Positions 10,656-22,316 of a stretch of 64,000 nucleotides of DNA are shown piece by piece. Below the pieces are notes generated by a model. The model was not told where the DNA came from. It saw only the letters and a program-made list of their open reading frames with translations, and did not search any database. The position numbers and the translations under genes are program-made. Position 1 is the first letter of the stretch; the number at the start of each line of letters is the position of its first letter. Source of the DNA: Lepidodermella squamata (taxonomy: Eukaryota; Animalia; Gastrotricha); contig JBLDXI010000002.1 of the NCBI GenBank assembly GCA_047495785.1, positions 2,232,001 through 2,296,000 of the forward strand, in the 5' to 3' direction.

Positions 10656-12760
10656 CCCAGATGAAAATTTACCGCGTAAATCTCGGCCTAAAATTTAGCT
10701 CATCTTTCTGATACCCCCAAATAGGCGAAACAGTTCGACCAAATTTCAGCGAAAAACTCTCGCGGCCAAAATTTCAGCTAAATCTTTTGCTGAAATCACC
10801 AAAGTTCGGCGAAACTGATAGATGAAAATTTCGGCGAAACTGCTTTCGGAGTTAAAAATTAGGCCAAAACCACCTTTGCTCTTCATTCAGGTAGACTACA
10901 ACCCTGTAATGCAACTGCTCGGCTTCATGTCACTTGGTTTCTCAAGTTACTCAAGTCAGAACAAAGTTATTTGCGTTTTTATTCTAGTAATTAATATCCA
11001 AGTTAAACTTCAGATAATCTTAATCATAGCAAAGTAAAATTTCGAATTCAAGTTCTACATGTTCGAGATGCATGCCTTTTCAAAGCCTTCCTGATGCCGC
11101 TCAGACTTGAATAGCCATGATAGCCATTAGCATTGGCATTGGCCGCATTGGTACGGCATTGCCATCGAACCATCGACCTATAAATTCAAAAAAAATTATA
11201 TTAATAATTTATTAAAATTCCGTAAAATTGAAATTTAATAATTTAATTTCAATTTTTCCTGAACCGCAATTTCTTGGGAATAACTTGCCTTGATTTAGAG
11301 TTTGAATTTAGTGACCAACCGGGCGATGAAGTCGCAGTCATCATGGCGCATTTCGAGCTCTAAAAATAGTAAGAAAATTTAATTAGGGTTGAATTATTTT
11401 TTCAAGGCTTGAGAAGCAATTTAAATAAAATCAGGTTTCAAGATTTTTTCGAAAATAGTAAAAAAAACAACTACGTTCAATGCGTTGCTGCTACCGCAGT
11501 CGATTGGCGCTAGAAAGAGAGTTGGCCAGACCACATTAGCGGCTGTTTGCCTAGCACCGGTGCTACTACAAAAATATCAAGTGCAGACAAATGATTTAAA
11601 GTTATAAATTAATTCCGGGTCAAAGAAAAGAAATAACTTGCTTTTGAAACTGAAAAAAGATGAAATGAAAACTAGACTGATAAAATGCGTCGGGCTGACT
11701 TCAGCTGTGGCGTAACACAGCTGTGTGTTGCACAACAAGGCGCAGTACGTGGTCGCGTCTCATTTCGACTTTTTCATGCTCATTTTATTTTATTTCGTTA
11801 CTCCGGATTTTTATAAATCTGCATGTGATAGCGTGTGATAGCATGTGATAGAGCCGTTGCAATAATTTCTTAATTAGCCCTGGAAACACATTAGTTCGAG
11901 GCGGTTTTTCTACATAACTTTCAGAACAACACATTTTCATAAATTAAATTTCTGGAATTTTAAAAAAATTTAAAATTTAAAATTTAAAATTTCTACAATT
12001 TAAGAAAATTCTCGTAAAATTATTACACTGTAGGGAAATGTCAGAAAGTTCAAATAACTTACATAAACAGCTCAATTTCTAATTTTAATTTTAATTTTGA
12101 TTTTAATTTTTGTTAACCAATTTTCAAAACGAGATCGAAATCTCGCATCCATCCATCCACGAAGCTGCTGTTTTGATAAATGCGCTCTCCGTTGTAAATA
12201 GCGTAGAATATCGAATCTGAAAACCAGCTTAGATGATACGGAAATAAATAATAATTAAAAATAATTGCGGTATAGTCACAAAGAAAGGTTCCGGAGCTTG
12301 GAGATGGCTGATGAAGGCTATTAACAACGGAAATCATAGCCGGATTATTACGATAGATTCTCTGAATCGATATCTGGCCAGGCTGTATTCTGTTTAAAAG
12401 CTGCGTAATTTTAAGTTGACCACTCTAGCCTTTCTGGCCGAAACCTTCAGTGTATTGCGATCGGCAATTTTTTGAGTGAATGGTAAATTATTTTGGAACA
12501 AACTTATTTCGCCCAAATAACTCAGCATATTCATCGCGAAGCTGCTTCAGCCAAATATTTCTCGCAATTTTTTAGCCAACATGTGCTAACTCGACTTTCG
12601 TCTAAAATTGTTGCTAAAACGATGGCTGAATTTCCTGAAAATGAGGTCGGTGAAAAATGGCGCCAAAATTCCACATAATTATTGTTGAATCCCTTCAACA
12701 AGAAATTTGGCCGAGGATTTGGCCAAAACGTGCATTTGGGCGGACGGATTTTTATCTGGG
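10656..12760 (+). mobile_element. Related non-autonomous TIR element, family B (2105 bp)
   Basis: TIR CCCAGATGAAAAT / ATTTTTATCTGGG (12 of 13 match); shares subterminal words with A (AAATCTCGGC, TGATACCCCCAAA, GAAAATTTCGGCGAAACTGCT) and an internal block of about 100 bp. Confidence 0.75.
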
Positions 12761-12778
12761 CCGGGCTGTTATTATCTC

Positions 12779-14175
12779 CCCAGACGGAAATTCGTGTGGC
12801 CAAGAGGGCGTTAGGACCAAATCTTCGGCCAAATTTTTCGGTGTAAGATTTCCCCCATAAAATTCTTCAAATGTAGCGTTAATTTTTGGCAACTTCACTT
12901 TTAAGAATTTCTACCATGGTTTCATTGACGATTTTCAGCAAAAATTGAGTTTTTACCTGTTGGACAAAAAGCTTAACGAAATCTTATGCTGAAAACTATT
13001 TTTCGATTATTTGAGCGAGTAAGTTTAGGCGAACTGATTTTCGTTGTAATTAACTGTCGAATTGTCGACCGTAGCTATTTCTCCACAGTTCGCTGACATT
13101 TTGGGCATTGATTGGAATTTAATATTAAGAATTATATGGCTTACATATAGCCGGCAGCAGACGTTTCAATATTTATTAAGGCTGTGAAACACTTCTTTTC
13201 GAGGGATTAGGGATTGACTTACTTTCCTCACTTTCGCGACACAGCAGCAAGAATTTATAGCTCATCTGTTTTTCTACGGTATAAAATTAACCAAGTTAAA
13301 CTAAATGATTTCGATTCGATTCATGGGTGCATGACCATCAATTTCCGTTCGATTTCAGCCCCGAAAGGAATAGTAAAAAATCTCCGCTCTAGCGGGAAAG
13401 CTTCGCGTTTTATCAATTTTAAGATCGGATGAAATTGCCCTTGAATTTAGGGTCAGGCTTATTCTTGCGAAGAACCCAATTCAGAATCGCAATCAAATCA
13501 ATCTAAAATGAGAGTGAAAAAAGTCGTAATGAGACATGCCCTCATTCCGCGCGATTGTTGTGCAACTCAAAGCTGTGTTGCGTCACACACGTCACAGCAG
13601 AGATTGGAATGGCAAATTTCTCCAGTAGAGTTCTCATTTGATTTTTTTCGGTCTCAAAAGTGAGAGTTATTTTTTCCTATATAAACCTCAAAGCCTATGG
13701 AAATATTGACAGTATCTTTTCGGCGCTTCGGAAAAAATAAGTGCCAAGTTCGACATGACCTGCGTTCATTCCCAAGCAGGCAATTATATAGTGATGTTAA
13801 AATGAAAAATTTATAATCAAATTAAAATTGAAAATACGATATAATTGAGAAGCTGATGGGATCTGAGATGACTAAAAGAACAGAGGAACACGAAGCCGGC
13901 CGATGGAGTAAATACCCCAGCATATAAGAATCGGAACTAATGCATGATATATTTGGCCCATCTATTAACTCGGATAGCAGTTTCGCCGAAATTTTCACCT
14001 ATCGATTACACCGAAATATGACAATTTCAGAAATACTTTTGGCGAAAAATTGGCCCAAATTTAACGTTCGACCATTTGGCCACAATTTTCGAGTAAAATT
14101 TTTGGACAGTTTGGGGGTATCAAATAAACAGCCGAAACATTAAGCCGAGATTTTGGTCTTAAATTTCCGTCTGGG
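12779..14175 (-). mobile_element. Family A element, full inverted copy A5 (1397 bp)
   Basis: Reverse complement of A2/A4; both TIRs intact. Confidence 0.9.
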
Positions 14176-14314
14176 ATCGTGTTAGTGAACAAGACGTGAA
14201 TAGATTATTTGCCGATTTCATGTCCGTCGCAGGCCAAATTACCGCCGAGAACCTTATCTGAGAAAATAGTACGTAACACCTTATATAACTGAGGCCGAAT
14301 ATTCACATAAAAAT

Positions 14315-17111
14315 TTAAAGAAAACCGTCATGGCGATAAATATTTATAATTCCCTTGAGCTTAAGGAAGCTGTTTAACTTTTTCACGCCGACTTTCTGTT
14401 CGAATTCTTCTCGACATGATTTCGGTAATAACAGCTCATCGAACTTGCTGAATTTATTGTGATATAAGCGGTTCACTTATCTTGAAAATATAATTATTAT
14501 CAGTTTCACAGCGGAGTTTTGATCATGTTCTTCATTTCGTTCACTATTTTCGCTCGCGTTTGACTGCAGTCGATGACATGCTGCTTGAACTTCGCATTCC
14601 GCTGGGCAACAGCCGCGATAACGATGCCGGCTAAAAGACCCATCATTTTCAGGAAATACGGCGTCAGGGCGTTGCTGCTGGCGTGATTCCTCCATTTTGT
14701 AGTTCCGCAAGCGTAGATCGGCCGGTCGACGAAGCGCGAAAGTCGCTGAAACAACAGCGTGATCGGGTCAGTATATCTCTTGGCAGCCGTTTTCAGAACA
14801 ACATCCAAAGAAACAACTTCGGGTTTTTCGGTGACCTTAAAAAATACATAATAAAAATGTTTTAAAATATTTCAAATTATTATTTATAACATTTTAATTA
14901 TTACAATTTTAAATTAAATTTTAAATTTATTAAACATTTTAAATGAGAAACAAAACAAAAATCTTATACCAGAGCGTGAAAGGCGTAGATCATCGCGATC
15001 CACTCGTCGATGAGAACCGAAGTCGGGCAAGAAAGGATGACGTCGAACAGAAAATGAGCCAATTTCGTTGCCTGCGGTCCATAGTACTCCCGCCAGCGTT
15101 TTTTCGTGTCAAAATCGGCGAATCGGATGAATTCCGACATTGTCTGGCAGGAAATAGCAGGGTTCGAGGCGACGAAGCCTTCCATGACGTAGACGCAGAC
15201 AGGATCGCCGGTTGGCGAGTACAACGCCTTGGCGAACAAGCCTCTCTTCGAGGCAACCTGCCAAGGCAGCGATAAACGATTGGTCAATTCAACGGCGAGC
15301 TTCGTTATCTCCTCCGAGCGGAAACAACCTCGAGCGATAAAGTTCCAATTCTTTAAAACTGAAGCCGCGTATAGATCGACAAAATCGCGGAACTCAGCCA
15401 ACTTGGCGTAGTCAGGACCAGAATCGCAGCAAGAACCACAGCTCATTATCGAAACGCAACCTTAAAAATTCAATTAATATCCAGAATAGTTATCTGAAAA
15501 ATCACCTTCAAGCTCCTTATCGCCGTCAGATGTGAGTTTCTTCGCCAAATTTCTGGTTAAAAACTCGACGCGCTTTGCAAAATGGCCATACAGCGGGAAA
15601 TGTTGAACCATAACGTGACGCTTAGTTTTGTTGAACAGTGTGTAACTGGTCAGGAGTAGAACCAACTCGCGGTCGTGAACCAACCCCAAGATTTTCTGAC
15701 TTGTGTAAGGCTTCAAAGAGTAGTCATCGTCACATTTAGCTCGAACGTAATTCGACCGAAATTCAGCGAAATTCACCGCCATAATTGCGAGAAGAACGTC
15801 GATGCAAGTCGTAAATTTTTCCTCAGACATTGCCATTAATTTCTCGCGGAAACTCGGCTTCGAGTTGAGCCCAGTTGCGAGACGTAGCATAGCCCCAGGT
15901 GGGTCGAACATTGCATCGAACGACTGCCCGAGTAGTGGTCGGTTTCGGAAGAAAACCAGCGCTGCGGCGTTGCAGAAGAACTCGAAATCGTCGAACGGCG
16001 GTACCAACTTGGAACCGCTGCGTTCGGCCGAGAAAATTATCGGCTGCGAGAATAGAAACCAGCAACCGAATAGAATGTCGAAAGACGCGCCACGTTCGGT
16101 TAGTGCGACCTTCTGATAGGCGTCCCTTGTCACGAAGGAATTAGCCATTCGGGTGATGAAGCTCCGATACCATGATCGGGAGCCATATTCTCGCATTGAG
16201 GAAGGATCCCTGGAGAAGTGATATGTCTGAGCTAGTCGCATCAGCCACGACAAAAACCGCAATTCTGGCCACGTCGACGTTTTGTAACTGGCTCGTTCGA
16301 TCAAAGCCATCAAAGCTGGGGTTGATTCGATTTTCGCGAGAAAATCAACCGTGCAATATTGAGATTTATTCGCCGTGAGATGGTGCAAAGCGTGAGTGAC
16401 TGGGTACAGATTTTTCGTCCAGTCCGAGGTCAGTGAAGCGAAAATTCGGGTCATGTTGTCCTTAAAATCTTGCTCGCTAAACGGTTTGCCTTGATCCAAA
16501 ATTTCTTGCTGAATTTTCGTCTTCACCTAAAAAAATATTGAAAAAATCCCGTTAATTTTAAGGTTGATAATTCAAACCTTTCTTGGCAAATCCTCGCAAA
16601 CCCTGTCCCAAATCGACGACTCCTTGTAGCCCATCTTCGCGTAAGCTTCATCATGGAGCGTGTAGAACGGAACTTTATCTTCGTAGGTGTACACCCCGTG
16701 GTACGCCAAAGCGGCTGCCTCTTCGTACCTTTTCGCTCTCAACAAACCCTGAATAAAAGAATTTTATTTTTTGTTTCAGGTGAAAAATTGGCCAAATTTT
16801 CGAACCTTGATGAAAGATTGAAGCAGTGATGACGTATAGTCTCCGCCTAGCATGTCGCTGGCCTGTTGAAAGGCGTCCAAGGCTTCGTCGACGCAGCGAG
16901 TTTCGTCGGCCAACAACGCGTTTCCTTGTTGTTCAAGCTCGGCAACCCTCGCCAGTCTTTTGTCGACTTCTGGTTTGCCACCGGCAGCTCGCCAACGAAT
17001 TTCGCTGCAGAACGCAGCAACATCTCGCCGGTTATTGATCTGCAGCAATCGGCGGCAAACTTCTGCCGAACCTGGGACAGCATCTTTGCCGTAGATAAAC
17101 TCAAATGCCAT
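14315..17111 (-). CDS. Uncharacterised multi-exon protein (about 800 aa) with N-terminal TPR-like helices; both ends approximate
   Basis: ORFs 16776, 15474, 14964 and 14506 plus an exon near 16580-16748 join through short GT-AG introns; ELEQQGNALL...VDEALDAFQQA...RYEEAAALA resembles TPR. Confidence 0.55.
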
Positions 17112-17617
17112 GACTCGTAGTCGATTTAAACAGAAAATCGCTAAAATGAGCCTAATCTAATAAAAAATTATATTATCGAATAAAAAAAGTAGGCACGTGC
17201 CATATTGCTGAGTACGCCATATGCACGCGCCTCATCGCGCAAAAAATTATTTTGCAGTCGGACACAATTTTTTCAAATTTTTGAGGCGGACTCCTAGCAC
17301 CCACTGTAAGAATCATGATTAGATGACGGTAGGTACGTGGAATTTCCCGATAGAAAGGTTTATCGGAGTTCAGAAGAGTTATTTACCGGACGCGGAATGA
17401 CCGGTTCAAAGAGCAAACACGCGGACAAAACGCGCGGTTGTGACCAGTAAACAAATTTTCGTCACATGGCGAACACAGATGGCACCCAAAGAGGAGCACA
17501 CTTAGCTCAAAAACGATGCTCATTCACTATTATTAACGACAAAAATTATTGTTGAGCTTGTTCTAAAATCAAAGACCCTAAAATTATTGTTTTGCTTTTG
17601 CTTTTCTCCCATAAAAA

Positions 17618-20600
17618 ATGGGAAGTATATTCCGCAGCCGAGATATGGCGTTTTGTGAGGTGTTTTTCCAATCGGAAACGGTTAAGCCATAATTGCCGAT
17701 TATTTTTCATAAAATTAATTGAAAAAAATTACAGGCTTTCAACTGCATCGCTGCTCTAGGTGAAGTAGGAAAAGTGCAATTTAACGACGTAATTTTTTCA
17801 ATCACCCAAAAAATGTGAACTAATTAGCAATTTTTGTAGACGAATGGGCCGGCAACCGCAATTCAGCAGCCGAAATTTTTACCTGAAATCCGGCGAATCG
17901 ACGAAATGGAGAGAAAACTCCGTAAGATTTTAGAGGTTCTAATTTTTTAATCATTAATTTCGGCTTTTTTATGAAGACTTTATTCAGAAGGAAATCGAGA
18001 AAGCTAGAATCAGCATACCTGAATTGGATTCGAATCCAGTTGTTCTTCAGCCTCGAGACATCACGAAGCTTGAGGTACAGCTTAATATTATTTAATTTGT
18101 TGATTAAATTTTTCTGTAGACTAAACTAGACGAACTGAAAGGAAAGCTGACAGAAATGGACTCTGATTTGAGTTCGATGAAAACTTGCCAACTCGAGTTG
18201 ATGGAACGCTTGTTAACCCTCGAAATGACGGCACCTTTTCTGACCGACGTGAACTTGGCCCATTTCCACAACACGAACACTGAGCCCCAGAGCCAACAGG
18301 TGCATGGCAGTTACGCAAGAGTTACCACCCCGGTCTCGCATAGCCAATCTGAAGCTCAGACCATGTCAAATCTGAAGTAGGATTTTATTGAAAAAATAGC
18401 CGAAATATCGTGAGTTTCTTTTCAGTTTTCTTGTCGGGGTTATCAAACGAGAACGAGTTGGGGCTTTCGAGCGAATGGTCTGGCGTATTGCGGGCAACAA
18501 CGTGTTCGTTCGAACCACAGCCGTCACCGATGCCAACCTAAAAGACCCGAAAACCGGCTGTAAACTCCTGCTCAATGTCTTCATCGCTATTTTCGAGGGT
18601 GAAATGATCTGCGAGAAAATTCAGACCGTTTGCAAAGCGTTAGTCGAAAATTAGCGCCCTAATTCTCCTGAATTATTTTGAAATTTTTGCCAGGTTTCAT
18701 GCAACGATTTATCCAAGCCCAGACCACCCTGACGATCGAAAGGCTCTCGCCGAAGAAATTCGGCCCCGAATCGGTGAGATGAACATTGTCCTGAAGGAAG
18801 CAGCTGGTCTTCGGCATCAACTGCTATCAACAGCCGCTCGCGACATTAGAATGTGGGCGGTTCAACTTCGAAAAGTTAAGAGTGTCTACTACACGATGAA
18901 TATGCTGAACCTGGACGTCACTAAGCGTTACTTCATCGGCCACTGTTGGGTTCCAGTCGAGGAATTGAAGCGAGTTGAAGACGCGCTGCGAGAGGCTACG
19001 AAATCTAGCGCTGGGGAGCTGCTCGTGCCTTTTATTATCAACCAAGTTCTACCGGCTTCAACGAGCGAAGTTCCGACGTATTTTCCATCAAACGACATCA
19101 CTTCCGGTTTTCAAACTATCGTTGACGCGTTTAGTGTCGCAAGGTCTGGAAATTCATAGAAAATTCGTCTTAATTTACGGGTTTTTTTAGATATCATGAA
19201 ATTAATCCGGCTCTATACACGGTCATCACCTTCCCGTTCTTATTCTCGGTGATGTTCAGCGACGCCGGGCATGGTATCGTATTATTTTTGTTCGGGTTAT
19301 GGCTGGTTTTGAAAGAGAAATCAATGCGGGACCTGGCTGAAAAGCACGAGGTCAGATTCCTATTTAGTCCCATTTTATTTTTACAAATTAAATTTTCAGA
19401 CGGTTGGAATGATTCGAAGTGGTCGTTATATAATTCTTTTAATGGGAATTTTCACGTTGTATTCTGGCCTGATGTTCAATGAATTTTTCGGACGATCCGT
19501 CAATTTATTTGGGTCAAGATGGCATAGCAATTACACGTAAATTTCTCGATTTTTTTAATTTAAATTATGAAATATTTCTCTTTCAAGTGACGAGTACCTA
19601 TACGAACACAGCCATAACGACGATCACTTGAATTTCGGACCAGAGCACCACAGAAATGTCGATCCGTTACCTTATCCTTTCGGTGTTGACCCTGTTCGAA
19701 TTTTCAAATTTTTTTGTTTTTTTTTGTAATTTATTTTTAATATCAGATCTGGTATATGGCAAGCAATCGAATTCTGTTCACCAACAGCTTGAAAATGAAG
19801 ATTTCAGTGATTTTCGGTGTTGCTCACATGTTTTTCGGCGTCGTCTTATCGCTCGGCAATCACCTGTACTTCCGCCACTACGCCAATATTATTTGCGAAT
19901 TCGTACCGCAAATTCTATTGATCAGCTGCATGTTCGTCTACATGGACGCCCTGATCGTTTACAAATGGGTCAACTTCAACGCCGATAACAGCGATCACGC
20001 GCCTTCGATCCTACTCGGCATGATCAACATGTTCATGCTTCAGTACCCGAATGAAACTGAGGCTGATCGATTTGTCAACAAAAATGTCAGAAAAATTATA
20101 GAATTTCGATTAAATTAAAAAAAGAAATTAATTTAATTATTTAAATTAATTTGAATTAAATTAAATTAAAATTAAATTTTAAATTTTTTATTCAGCTGAA
20201 ACCGCTCCAAATGGTTTTGGTCGGAATATGCGCGGTTTGCATTCCCTGGCTACTGTTCGCGAAACCACTCTACCTGTGGAAGAAATCGAAGCACCCGATC
20301 AGCTGTTCACCGACTGTTGGTCGACTCGGAAATAGCTCGGGTGACACAACCCCGATCCCGGTTCTATCCCGAACAGGCCCAGCTGGTTTGATGTCGCCTA
20401 CAACCCGACCTTTCCTTCACATCCCATCCGCCCCGGCTGAGATTATCGAATTAGCCGAGGTCGAACCTCATGCGCGAATGTTCACGATCTCACCGCGGCC
20501 GGGTGATGACTCATCGTCGACTAACACCGCGCCTCAGATGCGGAAAATGCCGTCGTCACCGCGCATGAAATTCGCAACTCTTTTCGGCGATGACGGGGCG

Positions 20601-21353
20601 GCTTCTGGCGCGGATACAACGTCATTTCGAGCTAAATCAACGTCAATCAACGAGTTGGCGAACCTTCGAAATCCGAGTAACGACACCATCATGCCGCAAT
20701 CTCCGCCAAGTAGCCAGCAGTTGAAGCCGAAAGTTGAGGGCAACAATGGCGTGAAGAAAGCTCACATGTCGGAACCGATAGTTCGAGAGCCGTCGCTGTC
20801 CTACAGCCCGTTCCCCGCCGCCCAAGGATACCGCGAGAAACTGGACGAATCAGCCTCGAAAACTGGAGAAATCGACTCGACGTTCGATTTCGGCGAAATC
20901 TTCATGCTGCAAGTTATCCATACAATCGAATACGTCCTAGGTTTGATCAGCCATACCGCGTCCTATCTCCGTTTATGGGCTCTGAGTCTCGCCCATGCCG
21001 AGCTGTCCGAGACGTTGTGGATGATGGTTTTACGCGTTGGCTTCGTCTACGCTGCTACTGATCCATATTTCGGGTTTATCTACATCACTATCGCATTGTT
21101 GGCCTGGACTGTTCTCACCTTTGCCGTTCTTATCGGAATGGAGAGCATGTCGGCGTTTCTTCACGCTCTTCGTTTGCACTGGTAGGGTGTTTAAATGATG
21201 GCATGGTTTTTTAGGCCAAATTTCTCTGATTTTCGCAGGGTCGAGTTTCAAAGCAAGTTCTACCTAGGCAGTGGCCGCGCTTTTCAGCCGTTTTCTTTCG
21301 AAAACTATCGTCTCCATTCGTCAACCTCTGCGTCAACCACGTCGCTGTCGTGA
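17618..21353 (+). CDS. ATP6V0A: V-type ATPase V0 subunit a, paralog 1
   Basis: MGSIFRS start; [26 protein letters not shown]; [10 protein letters not shown]; [16 protein letters not shown] (essential Arg); [16 protein letters not shown]; 12 short introns. Confidence 0.95.
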
Positions 21354-21426
21354 AGATGAAAAGTCGCGCGTCGTCGTTGTTGTAATTTTCGTGTTCACCT
21401 GCTTTTGGTTACAGCATGCGCATAAT

Positions 21427-21592
21427 AATCAACCCCGAGTTTTAATATCTACAACATCATCGTCACTAAACGGCCGCCATCTTGATGATAATGAGATATC
21501 ATGATGTTATATCATCAAAGCCCGCGTTTTTTAGCCTCCACTCTCGATTTTGTGACGTAAATATATACCGACCGTCAATTGCCTCAGGCGAA
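21427..21592 (+). promoter_or_regulatory. Conserved non-coding block upstream of V0a paralog 2
   Basis: Shares TTAATATCTAC, CTAAACGGCCRCCATCTTGAT, GATAATGAGATAT and GTCAATTGCCTCAGG, in the same order, with 26499-26660. Confidence 0.55.
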
Positions 21593-22316
21593 TCTTTTGT
21601 TTACATTTTCGTATTACAAGATAATAAAAGCGCAGTCTTGTTAACAGGTTTTTTTCGAAATTTTAATTAGGTGAACGCCGCAATCGGTGCAAGTAAGGCG
21701 TGCTCAAACCCTCTGACCAAATCGCATGAAACTGGGGAATTCTGAAAATATCCTGAAACCAGCTTAATATTTGTCACTTGATCGAATTATTGCGCAACTG
21801 AAAGCTGTTGCCTCTGTAATTGCATTACCACGATTTTGATTACTCGAACACAACTCAAGAATTTTGATGAACGCAACGCTGGTTTCGCATACAATTTTTT
21901 TCGCTTCTCAGAGAAAACGCCCGCTTTTACTATTTGACAGAGAGCAGGTTTCCACGATGGCGGGGCTTTGCAAGTCGTGCTGCGATAATATAACCGCGTC
22001 TCCGACTAACTCAATGGGTTATATTTGCTTTCAGTGTCGCAAGCGGGTACACATCACTGCGAACAAAAAGACCGCTCATCAGCGTATTGCTTGTGTTATA
22101 TACAATTTATAACCTAGCTTTACCACCCATCTTTCCTATATACGAGAATATAAGTCGCATTGTCTCCTCCGCATTTCCTGCCTTATACCCAGTGGCGTAA
22201 AAAAACAACCTGCATCGCACCTTGCGTGTCCCAAAATTCAGGACAATATTCTTCGCAATGTAACAGTTACATTTTATGTATATTTATAGGAGTTTTAATT
22301 GACTACTGGCCCGACC

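Noticed and set aside
12113-12337. Captured gene fragment in element B
   Set aside because: 74-aa ORF with no recognisable motif; cannot be supported without a search.
7436-14143. Repeated 67-aa and 72-aa ORFs as a gene family or transposase
   Set aside because: They recur only because element A recurs; no DDE or other motif.
7404-14175. piggyBac assignment from CCC...GGG termini
   Set aside because: No TTAA flanks on any copy.
7404-14261. CRISPR array, integron or prokaryotic IS
   Set aside because: No repeat-spacer periodicity, and the context is intron-rich eukaryotic DNA.
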